Shown here one piece after another: positions 9,151 to 17,270 of a stretch of 64,000 nt of DNA. The stretch comes from Opitutales bacterium (lineage in GTDB: Bacteria; Verrucomicrobiota; Verrucomicrobiia; Opitutales; JBHJGM01): contig JBHJGM010000007.1 of the NCBI GenBank assembly GCA_050331815.1, positions 44,488 to 108,487 of the forward strand, written 5' to 3'. The notes under the pieces are model-generated. The model was given only the letters and a program-made list of their open reading frames with translations. It searched no databases and was not told the DNA's origin. Made by a program: the position numbers and the translations under genes. Numbering within the stretch: position 1 is the stretch's first letter; the number at the start of each line of letters is the position of its first letter.

Positions 9151-9345
9151 TTACTTGGCGGCAAATTCGCCGCACCAGTCGCTCGCCTGCGTCGCCGGAA
9201 AGTGCGCCTCAAACTTAGTGGCGTCGTCCACCTTGAAAACTAGCGCCTGAGGCGCACGTCGACGGCATTCGCCGGTTTCGCCGGCGGAAGCTTTCCAGAA
9301 AAGACACTTGGCGCAGGCTGCTTGGGCAATGATTTCAGTAGTCAT
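9151..9345 (-). CDS. small (64 aa) four-cysteine protein of unknown function
   Basis: MTTEIIAQAACAKCLFWK...GECRRRAP...DWCGEFAAK. An AAGGAGG Shine-Dalgarno lies 5 nt upstream of the ATG at 9345 and a strong terminator lies downstream. The listed 92-aa ORF is an upstream extension. Confidence 0.65.
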   Translation of the reverse strand: MTTEIIAQAACAKCLFWKASAGETGECRRRAPQALVFKVDDATKFEAHFPATQASDWCGEFAAK

Positions 9346-9530
9346 AAAAACCTCCTTTTTAAATGATTCTAAAAAGAGATGAGTGATCTTCGGAGCAAAG
9401 TCAAATTTCTTTAAGCGATTGTCAGTCAATGACTTGAAAATGAGTCTCAGTCGAATCTCATTCCGCCCTCACTGTCCTTGAGGCTTGTCCCGGCCACCCA
9501 AGGCCCCATCTTGGCTGCAACGGTTTTAGC

Positions 9531-10610
9531 ATGATTTTGGCGGTGGAAAGTTCCTGCGATGAGTCGGCGCTGGCGATCTTCGATCCCGCGCAGGGCCTGC
9601 TGGGTGAACTGGTGCATAGCCAGATTGCGCTGCACGAGGTCTACGGTGGCGTGGTTCCCGATCTGGCCAGTCGGCAGCACCTTGAGAATTTTGGGCCGCT
9701 GCTGGAGCGGCTGCCCGAGGCCGCCCCGAATCAGGTCGAAACCATCGCGGTCACCCATGGTCCCGGGCTGGCAGGCTGCCTGGCGCTGGGCATGCAGTTT
9801 GCCCAGGCCCTGGCGTTCGCGCGGGAGATGCCCGTGGTCGGGGTCAACCACCTGCGGGCTCATGCCTTTTCGGTGTTCATTGCAAAGCACGCGGAAACGC
9901 CAGCGGCGTTTGAGGCCACGCTGGGCGGGCTGCTTCCTCAGTTGAGTTTGCTGGTCTCCGGGGGTAACACACTGCTCTTTGTCATCAATGAAGACCGCAC
10001 CATCCGGCTGCTGGGCCAAACCCTGGACGATGCGGCGGGCGAAGCCCTCGACAAAGGGGCGAAGTTGCTCGGGCTGGGTTATCCAGGCGGTCCCGAGGTG
10101 GAGCGGTGCGCCAGAGAGGGCGATCCACGGGCCTTCGATTTTCCTCGCGCGCTCTCGTCGGCGTCTCGGGCGGGACCCGTGCGTTTCAGCTTTTCGGGCC
10201 TTAAGACCAGCTTGCGCTACCGTCTGGAAAAGATGAGCGACGCCGACCTCGAAGCAGCTTTCAACGACCTTTGCGCCAGCTACCAGGCAGCGGTGGTGGA
10301 CCAGCTTGTCGAGCGGGTGCGGCAGGTTTTGCGCGTGGAGACCACAACTGCTTTCCGCAGCCTGGGCCTGTCCGGGGGCGTTTCCAACAACCAGGCGTTG
10401 CGCGCTGCCTTTGGCATGCTGGCCAGGGAGCAGGGCTTGTCGCTATTGCTGGCCGAGCCCCGTCATACGGGCGACAACGCTGGCATGATCGCGTTCGCTG
10501 CCTGGGCCGATCCCGCCGGTACCTGTCCCGCTGATGCCCACGGACACCTCCCGCTGGAGCCTTCGCTGCCCCTGACGCCTTCGTCAGGTGCGCCTGAGCG
10601 CTGCGTTTAA
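9531..10610 (+). CDS. tsaD: tRNA N6-adenosine threonylcarbamoyltransferase
   Basis: MILAVESSCDESALAIFD..., GPGLAGCL and GGVSNN are typical of Kae1/Gcp/TsaD. Confidence 0.9.
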   Translation: MILAVESSCDESALAIFDPAQGLLGELVHSQIALHEVYGGVVPDLASRQHLENFGPLLERLPEAAPNQVETIAVTHGPGLAGCLALGMQFAQALAFAREMPVVGVNHLRAHAFSVFIAKHAETPAAFEATLGGLLPQLSLLVSGGNTLLFVINEDRTIRLLGQTLDDAAGEALDKGAKLLGLGYPGGPEVERCAREGDPRAFDFPRALSSASRAGPVRFSFSGLKTSLRYRLEKMSDADLEAAFNDLCASYQAAVVDQLVERVRQVLRVETTTAFRSLGLSGGVSNNQALRAAFGMLAREQGLSLLLAEPRHTGDNAGMIAFAAWADPAGTCPADAHGHLPLEPSLPLTPSSGAPERCV

Positions 10611-10652
10611 CCTTGAACCTGAGCCCGACGGCGTCGAAATACGCCTTTCCGC

Positions 10653-12167
10653 ATGCCGCTCGAACCCCAACTCACCCGCCAGGCCTTTCGCGAACTGGCC
10701 CGCACCGCCAATCGCATCCCGCTGCTGGCGGACGTCACGGCGGATTTTCAGACGCCGGTTGGGGTGTACTCGCGCCTGGCCGCTGGTGGTAAACCGGCCT
10801 TTCTGTTCGAATCGATCGAGGGTGGGGAACAGATCAGCCGTTACAGCTTTATCGGGCACGCCCCACGCAAGATTTTTGCGGTGTACGAGGCAACGACCCG
10901 CATCCATCACGCTGATGGTCGTGCCGAGGAAGTCCCAACCCCCGACGACCCGCTGCGGCTGATCGAGGATGAAATTACCTCCGTATGTTATCCCGAGATG
11001 CCCGACCTGCCTCCGTTTACGGGGGGTGCGGTTGGCTTTTTGGGCTACGAGTACGTGCACCGCATCGAGCCGACGGTGCCGCGTCCGTCGGAGGACCCGC
11101 ATGGGATGCCGCTGTTGTGCTTCTTCTTGTGCGACACCGTGGTGATTTTCGATCACGTGCGGCAGGTGCTGCGCTTGTGCGCCAATGCCCGGATCGAGGG
11201 CACGATGGATCCGGACGTGGCTTACGACGGTGCGCTGTCGGAGTTGGAAGCGCTGCTGGAGCGCCTGACCGAGCCACAGTCCCTGGCACCCATCCCCGTG
11301 CAGGAAACCGCCGCCAGCGCGATCGAGCCCCCGCCCGGCAATTTCACCCAGAAAGACTTCGAAGCCGTCGTTGAGCGTGCGCGCGAATACATTCGCGCGG
11401 GGGATTGTATACAAATCGTTGCATCCCAGCGTTTTGAACGCGATTACACGCACGGTCCGCTGGCGCTGTACCGCGCCCTGCGCATCGTCAATCCCTCACC
11501 CTACATGTTCATCTTGGATACCGGCGAATTTGCGCTGGTGGGTGCTTCGCCAGAGGTGCACGTGCGCCTGACCGGTTCCAAGGTGGAGATTCGGCCCATC
11601 GCCGGCACGCTGCCGCGCGGAGCGACGCCCGAGGCGGATCTGGCCAATGAGAAACGCTTACTGGCAGACGAAAAGGAGCGTGCCGAGCACCTGATGCTGG
11701 TCGATCTTGCCCGCAACGACATTGGGCGCGTTTGCCAGCCGGGCACCGTCCAGGTGCGCGAATACGCCGTCATCGAGCGCTACTCGCACGTGATGCACAT
11801 CGTTTCTCAAGTGGAGGGCGCGATTCAAGACGGCCGCAACGCCTTTGACCTGATGCGGGCGACCTTTCCTGCGGGCACGGTTTCGGGGGCACCCAAGGTG
11901 CGTGCCATGCAGATCATCGCCGAATTTGAAAAAAGCCTGCGCGGGCCCTACGCAGGGGCTCTAGGGTACTTTGGCTACGAGGGAAACCTCGATTCGTGTA
12001 TTGCAATACGCACGGCTTTGCTGAAGGGAAATCGGCTTTTTGTCCAGTCTGGGGCAGGTCTTGTCGCGGACTCAAAACCCGAAAACGAGTTTTTTGAGAC
12101 TATCAACAAAGCGCGTGGGATGCTCAAGGCGGTCGCGTTGAGCGAAAAAATCAGTTTGGCCAAGTAG
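10653..12167 (+). CDS. trpE: anthranilate synthase component I
   Basis: 504 aa. LFESIEGGEQISRYSFIG at the N-terminus and the chorismate-binding C-terminal core (GTVSGAPK, GAGLVADS). Confidence 0.9.
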   Translation: MPLEPQLTRQAFRELARTANRIPLLADVTADFQTPVGVYSRLAAGGKPAFLFESIEGGEQISRYSFIGHAPRKIFAVYEATTRIHHADGRAEEVPTPDDPLRLIEDEITSVCYPEMPDLPPFTGGAVGFLGYEYVHRIEPTVPRPSEDPHGMPLLCFFLCDTVVIFDHVRQVLRLCANARIEGTMDPDVAYDGALSELEALLERLTEPQSLAPIPVQETAASAIEPPPGNFTQKDFEAVVERAREYIRAGDCIQIVASQRFERDYTHGPLALYRALRIVNPSPYMFILDTGEFALVGASPEVHVRLTGSKVEIRPIAGTLPRGATPEADLANEKRLLADEKERAEHLMLVDLARNDIGRVCQPGTVQVREYAVIERYSHVMHIVSQVEGAIQDGRNAFDLMRATFPAGTVSGAPKVRAMQIIAEFEKSLRGPYAGALGYFGYEGNLDSCIAIRTALLKGNRLFVQSGAGLVADSKPENEFFETINKARGMLKAVALSEKISLAK

Positions 12168-12457
12168 GGGTCACACCTGATTGACTTTCTGGGCCGTAAA
12201 GGCGGCCTTTGGGCGGTCGAATATAGATGTAGCCTTACTTAGGCGCGATCCCCTCATCGTTTTTCATCCCCCAAATCCCCACCTCAGCTCCCCGGTCGAT
12301 CACCTGAGAAGGCGCTCTCGTCTTCGCTTGTGTGCGTTAGCATTGGAATTATTCTAAATAAAAATTCGAACCTTGGCTGGGCCCTTTGGTCCAACCGGGG
12401 TACGCGCAATGCTATTTCACCAGCGATGACTGAAGTTGCTAAGCGAAGCTACGAGCG

Positions 12458-12473
12458 CACGGAATATTCCGTG
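12458..12473. promoter_or_regulatory. perfect 16-bp palindrome CACGGAATATTCCGTG upstream of rpoD
   Basis: Read directly, 65 nt upstream of the rpoD ATG. Its half-site resembles the palindrome at 5191..5206. Confidence 0.4.
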
Positions 12474-12537
12474 TCTTCGATAACTCTCACCTTACTTGCC
12501 TGAACGACCCTGATCCACCTGCACCTAAGGAACAATC

Positions 12538-13659
12538 ATGATAGCCGAATCCACAACCACTCGTCGCCCCCGCAAAAACCGCTCCGAGTGCAGCGGTTCT
12601 CCTCGTCGACGCCCCTCGGCTCCCAGCGCTGTGGAGAATGCCGTCGCGCATCCGCAGCCGGTTTCCCGCCTGCCCAAGCGTCGCACAGATGAGGAAGCTG
12701 AACAAACCAGCTATTCCGACTTGCCTAGCTCCGAGAAGAGCGCCTTCAAGATTTACCTACAGGAAATCGGACGCACCCCGCTTTTGACGATCGACGAAGA
12801 GGTCGAACTCGCTGCCCGCATCAAAAAGGGCGACGAGGAAGCCCGCCACAAGATGATCAAGGCAAACCTGCGCCTGGTTGTGAAAATCGCCCACGATTAC
12901 AGCAACTTCGGCCTGCCGCTGCTCGACCTTATCAGCGAGGGCAACATCGGCTTGATCAAGGCAGTCGAGCGTTTTGATCCGGCCAAAGGTGGTAAGCTGA
13001 GCACCTATGCCGCCTGGTGGATCAAGCAATCCATCAAGCGCGCACTGGCCAACCAGTCGAAGACTATCCGCCTGCCTGTCCACCTGGTTGATAAGATTGC
13101 GCGCATGCGCAAGCTGACCATGGCCCTGCAGGAAGAACTGGGCCGCGAGCCGACCAACGAAGAGATCGCTCTGGAGATGGGCATGCCGGTCAATAAGATC
13201 GCGCACCTGAAGACGGTATCGGTTCGCCCGACGTCCCTGGACGCTCCGGTTGGCGAAGACGACGACACTTCCTTGGGCGAACTGGTTGGCGATGAAAACG
13301 CGGCCAACCCCTTTCAGGACCTGCACGGTAAGTCGCTCAATCGCGATGTGGCAGCCCTGCTCGATGAGCTTGAACCTCGCGAAGGCCAGATTCTGCGCCT
13401 GCGCTTTGGGCTCAACGGAGAGCGTCCCAAGACCCTCGAAGAAGTTGGACAGATCTTCAACATCACCCGCGAGCGTGTGCGCCAACTGCAGAACATCGCA
13501 CTGACGAAAATGCGCAAGCGCATGATGAAAAAGGAGCGTCAGCGCACCAGCGAGGAAATCCAGGAGGAAACCCTCCAGCGTAAGCGCATGCAGGTCATTG
13601 AAGAGTTCATGAAAGAACACGAACTCGAAGAGGATCTGCGTTCGCTCCGCGCGAGCTAG
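12538..13659 (+). CDS. rpoD: primary-type RNA polymerase sigma-70 factor
   Basis: 373 aa. Region 1.2/2 (YLQEIGRTPLLTIDEEVELA, ANLRLVVKIAHDY), region 3, and region 4 (EREGQILRLRFGL, TLEEVGQIFNITRERVRQ). Confidence 0.9.
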   Translation: MIAESTTTRRPRKNRSECSGSPRRRPSAPSAVENAVAHPQPVSRLPKRRTDEEAEQTSYSDLPSSEKSAFKIYLQEIGRTPLLTIDEEVELAARIKKGDEEARHKMIKANLRLVVKIAHDYSNFGLPLLDLISEGNIGLIKAVERFDPAKGGKLSTYAAWWIKQSIKRALANQSKTIRLPVHLVDKIARMRKLTMALQEELGREPTNEEIALEMGMPVNKIAHLKTVSVRPTSLDAPVGEDDDTSLGELVGDENAANPFQDLHGKSLNRDVAALLDELEPREGQILRLRFGLNGERPKTLEEVGQIFNITRERVRQLQNIALTKMRKRMMKKERQRTSEEIQEETLQRKRMQVIEEFMKEHELEEDLRSLRAS

Positions 13660-13688
13660 CGCCGCCAGCAGTATTTATCGATTTTCAG

Positions 13689-13719
13689 ACCGGCTCCCGG
13701 AATAGGGGGCCGGTTTTTT
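13689..13719 (+). terminator. rho-independent terminator of rpoD
   Basis: Stem ACCGGCTCCC-GGAATA-GGGgGCCGGT followed by TTTTTT. Confidence 0.75.
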
Positions 13720-13784
13720 GTGTCATACACATCAGTGACCGTTCATAGCCGCCTGTATTCTTGAACCCAAACCGCTTTTGCTAC

Positions 13785-14312
13785 ATGAAGCACCTGGCCC
13801 GACTCCTGCCACCTAGCCTTGCTGTGATGTTGTTTCTCGCCGGTTGCCAGAGCGCGCCGCGCAACGCCCTGAACAAGCACGAACCCTTTTACGGTACCTT
13901 CGAAGGTAATCTGACGCTCGTCGAGCGCGTCGACCAGGGAGGGGGCAACACCTTCTTCCTCGCGCTTGAAAACACCGTGTGCAACAAGATCAGCGAACGC
14001 ACGCTGGCCGCGGTCTTGCAAAACGGCTGGCCCGTACTGACCGCCTATGAAGACCCTCAAAGCCGACAAAGCCTGGCGGCCTTGCGCGGTCTGCAGGGAC
14101 TTAAATTTCAGTCCGGGTCACCTGCCGTGGTAGAGGGCTTTTTGATTTTGGGGGCGCTCAACGACGCCTCCGGCGAGAAATATCTGCGCCCGGGCACGGA
14201 TGTTTTCTTCAAAGAGCCGTTGATCATCGTGCAGCGCATCGAGGTCGACGGGCAGGCAATCGAATTTGACTACGTGCCGCGCCAAACCGGTTTGGCCGCG
14301 GTTACACGATAG
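13785..14312 (+). CDS. hypothetical lipoprotein
   Basis: MKHLARLLPPSLAVMLFLAGCQS is a signal peptide with a lipobox. The listed ORF begins at an upstream TTG (13761). Confidence 0.6.
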   Translation: MKHLARLLPPSLAVMLFLAGCQSAPRNALNKHEPFYGTFEGNLTLVERVDQGGGNTFFLALENTVCNKISERTLAAVLQNGWPVLTAYEDPQSRQSLAALRGLQGLKFQSGSPAVVEGFLILGALNDASGEKYLRPGTDVFFKEPLIIVQRIEVDGQAIEFDYVPRQTGLAAVTR

Positions 14313-14356
14313 ATAGGCGACCGATTACAGACAGCACCTGGTCTAACGACAGGAGG

Positions 14357-14396
14357 TAAAAAAAGCCCGGCTGGAGCGGATCCGGCCGGGCTTTGT
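14357..14396. terminator. bidirectional terminator between the lipoprotein gene and rpsA
   Basis: A-run, then stem GCCCGGC ... GCCGGGC, then a T-rich tail. It sits between convergent genes. Confidence 0.6.
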
Positions 14397-14434
14397 GTGA
14401 AAACGTTTTTCTCGACGAGGCAAGCCCACGCCGC

Positions 14435-16096
14435 CTACTCGCGGGCGGCTTCGTCGAGGATATCGCCCAGCGAGGTCAGCTGCTGGGTGTCACCGGCCTT
14501 TTCGAAGGCGGCCACCTCGGCGGCGAGCTGGTCGGCATCGTAGCTGGCGGCCTTGATCGAGAGCCCGATGCGGCGGTCGTCGGCGTCGATTTTGATGACG
14601 CGCGCCTGCACCTCCTGGCCGGGCTTGAGCACATCGCGAATCTTTTCCACGTGCTCCTCGTCGATCTGGGAGATGTGAACCAGCCCGTCGATGTCGTGCT
14701 CGAGCTCGACGAAGGCACCGTAGGAGGTGATCTTCGAAATCTTGCCAGTGACCACGTCGCCCACCTTGAAGTAGCGCTCGATGTCGTCCCAGGGGTCCTC
14801 GGCGAGTTGCTTCATACCGAGCGAAATGCGCTGCTGGCTGGAGTCCACGTCGAGCACGATGGCGTCGACCTCGTCGCCCTTCTTCACGACTTCGGCCGGG
14901 TTGTTGACCTTGCGTGTCCAGGACATGTCGGAGACGTGGATCATGCCGTCGATGCCTTCCTCGAGTTCGACGAAGGCACCGTAGGTGGTGAGGTTGCGCA
15001 CCTTGCCGCGCACGCGGGCACCCACCGGGTAGTTGTGGCGGGCCATGTCCCACGGGTTTTCCTCGAGCTGGCGGATACCCAGAGAAATCTTCTGCTCGTC
15101 CTTCTGGATGCCGAGAACCACCGCGTCGACCTGTTCGCCGATGCGCAGGACTTCGCCGGGCTTGCTGATGCGGCGCGTCCAGGAAAGCTCGGTGACGTGG
15201 ACGAGGCCTTCGACGCCTTCCTCGATTTCGATAAAGGCACCGTAGGGCACGAGGTTGACCACCTTGCCGTTGATCTTGGTGCCGACCGGGTACTTGCGCT
15301 CGATGTTTTCCCAGGGGTTGGGCGTGGTCTGCTTGAGGCCGAGGGAAACGCGTTCGCGGTCGCGGTCGACCTCGATGATCATGATGGTGATCTCCTCGCC
15401 GACCTTGAGCATTTCCGACGGGTGCGAGATGCGGCCCCAGCTCATGTCGGTGATGTGCAGCAGGCCGTCGAGGCCGTCCAGGTCGATGAAGGCACCGTAG
15501 TCGGTGATGTTCTTGACCATGCCGCGGCGGGAGTCGCCGGGCTTGACCTCTTCGAGCAGCTTGCGGCGCTTGGCCAGGCGTTGCTCCTCGATCAGCTCGC
15601 GCCGCGAGATGACGATATTGCGGCGGTCCTGGTTGATTTTGAGGATTTTGAAATCGTAGGTCTGGCCCACGTACTGGTCCAGATTCTTGGGCGGCTGGAT
15701 GTCGATCTGCGAAGCCGGCAGGAAGGCGTCGACACCGATGCTGACGATGAGCCCCCCCTTGACCTTGCTGCGGACGCGGCCCGGGATGATGGAGCCCTCC
15801 TCGCACTTGGAAAGGATGTTTTCCCAATTCTTTTTCTGCTCGGCCTTGTCGTAGGAGAGCACGGGGTTGCCCTCGCGGTCTTCGAGCTTTTCGAGAAAGA
15901 CCTCAATCTCGGAGCCGATTTGGAGCTCGCCGACGTCTACGAACTCGTTGTTGGGGACGCTTCCCTCGCTTTTTCCGCCGATGTCGACGATGACCTCGTT
16001 GGCGCGGATTTCGGTGATGGTCCCCTTGATGATGGAACCAGGTTTAAGGGTTTCGAACTGGCTCTCGGCGAGCAGTTCTTCCATGACAGAACTCAT
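14435..16096 (-). CDS. rpsA: 30S ribosomal protein S1
   Basis: Repeated S1 domains (G.V..I..YGAF[IV][ED]L). I place the start at MSSVMEELLAESQF (ATG at 16096) rather than the listed upstream extension. Confidence 0.9.
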   Translation of the reverse strand: MSSVMEELLAESQFETLKPGSIIKGTITEIRANEVIVDIGGKSEGSVPNNEFVDVGELQIGSEIEVFLEKLEDREGNPVLSYDKAEQKKNWENILSKCEEGSIIPGRVRSKVKGGLIVSIGVDAFLPASQIDIQPPKNLDQYVGQTYDFKILKINQDRRNIVISRRELIEEQRLAKRRKLLEEVKPGDSRRGMVKNITDYGAFIDLDGLDGLLHITDMSWGRISHPSEMLKVGEEITIMIIEVDRDRERVSLGLKQTTPNPWENIERKYPVGTKINGKVVNLVPYGAFIEIEEGVEGLVHVTELSWTRRISKPGEVLRIGEQVDAVVLGIQKDEQKISLGIRQLEENPWDMARHNYPVGARVRGKVRNLTTYGAFVELEEGIDGMIHVSDMSWTRKVNNPAEVVKKGDEVDAIVLDVDSSQQRISLGMKQLAEDPWDDIERYFKVGDVVTGKISKITSYGAFVELEHDIDGLVHISQIDEEHVEKIRDVLKPGQEVQARVIKIDADDRRIGLSIKAASYDADQLAAEVAAFEKAGDTQQLTSLGDILDEAARE

Positions 16097-16279
16097 ATGG
16101 TCGTGGTGTCGGGCTCTGCCGCGCAGTGGTTGATGGCGGAGCCCGGGTTGATGGTTAAGTGTTGATGTATCGTAAGTAAGCGAAGGTGGGCGCGCCTCCG
16201 TGCATGGGTGCACATCGACCGCGTTCCTTCAGGGGAAAGTCGACAATTAGACCATGCTCATATAGGCACAGCAAGCCCC

Positions 16280-16318
16280 AAAAGTAACGCAACGCCAGCG
16301 GTAGACGTTGCGGTTTTT
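16280..16318 (-). terminator. hairpin terminator after nrdG
   Basis: Stem CGCAACG (16288..16294) / CGTTGCG (16306..16312), flanked by A/T runs on both sides. Confidence 0.5.
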
Positions 16319-16364
16319 AACGCGCTGGCAAAGCGCACCCGCGCACTGCCAGCGAATCGGTGCC

Positions 16365-17078
16365 TTAGCGCACGGCGATCGGGGTGGGGCGTCCGGTGGC
16401 TGCCACAACGGCTTCGCTCAGGACCTGAAGGGCTTCGACAGTCGGGGCCTCCTGCTGGCGGAAGGCAGGGTTGCAGGCGTTTTCCGGGACGAAGCGCTGG
16501 AAGGTGAGCGGAGAGGCGTCGCCAGCCCACTCGGCAATGGTGGCCAGGTCCTCGGTGGAGTGGACGTTGGGCAAAACGGTGGTGCGAAACTCGTGCGGGA
16601 GGCCGGACTGGCGAATCAGGTCGGCCGAGCGGCGCAAGTCCTGCGGATCGACGGGTCGCTGGACGAGATCAGGGTAGGCGTCGGGCACCGCTTTCAAGTC
16701 CATGGCGACGAAGTCCAGAAGGTCGGCCTTCAGCAGCGCTTCGAGGCGGTCGGGAAAGACGCCGCTGGTGTCGAGCTTGGTCAGGAAGCCCAGGCTGCGG
16801 ATCTTGGTGAGCAGTTCGGGCAGTTCCGGGTGAAGAGTGGGCTCACCACCGGAGACGACCACGCCCTCGAGCTGGTTGCGCCGCGACTCCAGAAAGCGCA
16901 TGACCTCAGAGACAGTCGGGACGCTGTCGCTGCGGTCGAAGTGTGCCGGGTCGACCAGTGATGGGTTGTGACAATAGCTACAGCGCCACGGGCAGCCCCG
17001 GGTGAAAATAACCGCAGCCACCTTCCCCGGATAATCGACCAGGGAGCAACGTTGCAGGCCTCCGATGGGAATGTTCAT
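16365..17078 (-). CDS. nrdG: anaerobic ribonucleoside-triphosphate reductase activating protein (radical SAM)
   Basis: 237 aa. CPWRCSYCHN is the CxxxCxxC cluster. The gene lies downstream of nrdD. Confidence 0.85.
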   Translation of the reverse strand: MNIPIGGLQRCSLVDYPGKVAAVIFTRGCPWRCSYCHNPSLVDPAHFDRSDSVPTVSEVMRFLESRRNQLEGVVVSGGEPTLHPELPELLTKIRSLGFLTKLDTSGVFPDRLEALLKADLLDFVAMDLKAVPDAYPDLVQRPVDPQDLRRSADLIRQSGLPHEFRTTVLPNVHSTEDLATIAEWAGDASPLTFQRFVPENACNPAFRQQEAPTVEALQVLSEAVVAATGRPTPIAVR

Positions 17079-17270
17079 TCGCTAACTCTAAGTCCTAACA
17101 AGGACGTTTCCATCTACAATACTCGTTCCAATTAGGAATGCGTGCTTCGTCAATGCTGATATCGATAGATCTCTTGAGCCTTAAAGTGTAACTGCGTCGC
17201 ACGGTGATTGTTTGTTATTTGTATGCTGTGCCTAACTTTATGTGCATTGTCTGCTAGACGTGTTATGCCG

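Noticed and set aside
14393-16165. 590-aa + strand ORF, and a 445-aa alternative-frame minus ORF (14490..15827), overlapping rpsA
   Set aside because: These are repetitive low-complexity translations (D/L/G/V-rich or R/P/G-rich) opposite or out of frame with an unmistakable S1 gene. Such shadow ORFs are typical of high-GC DNA.
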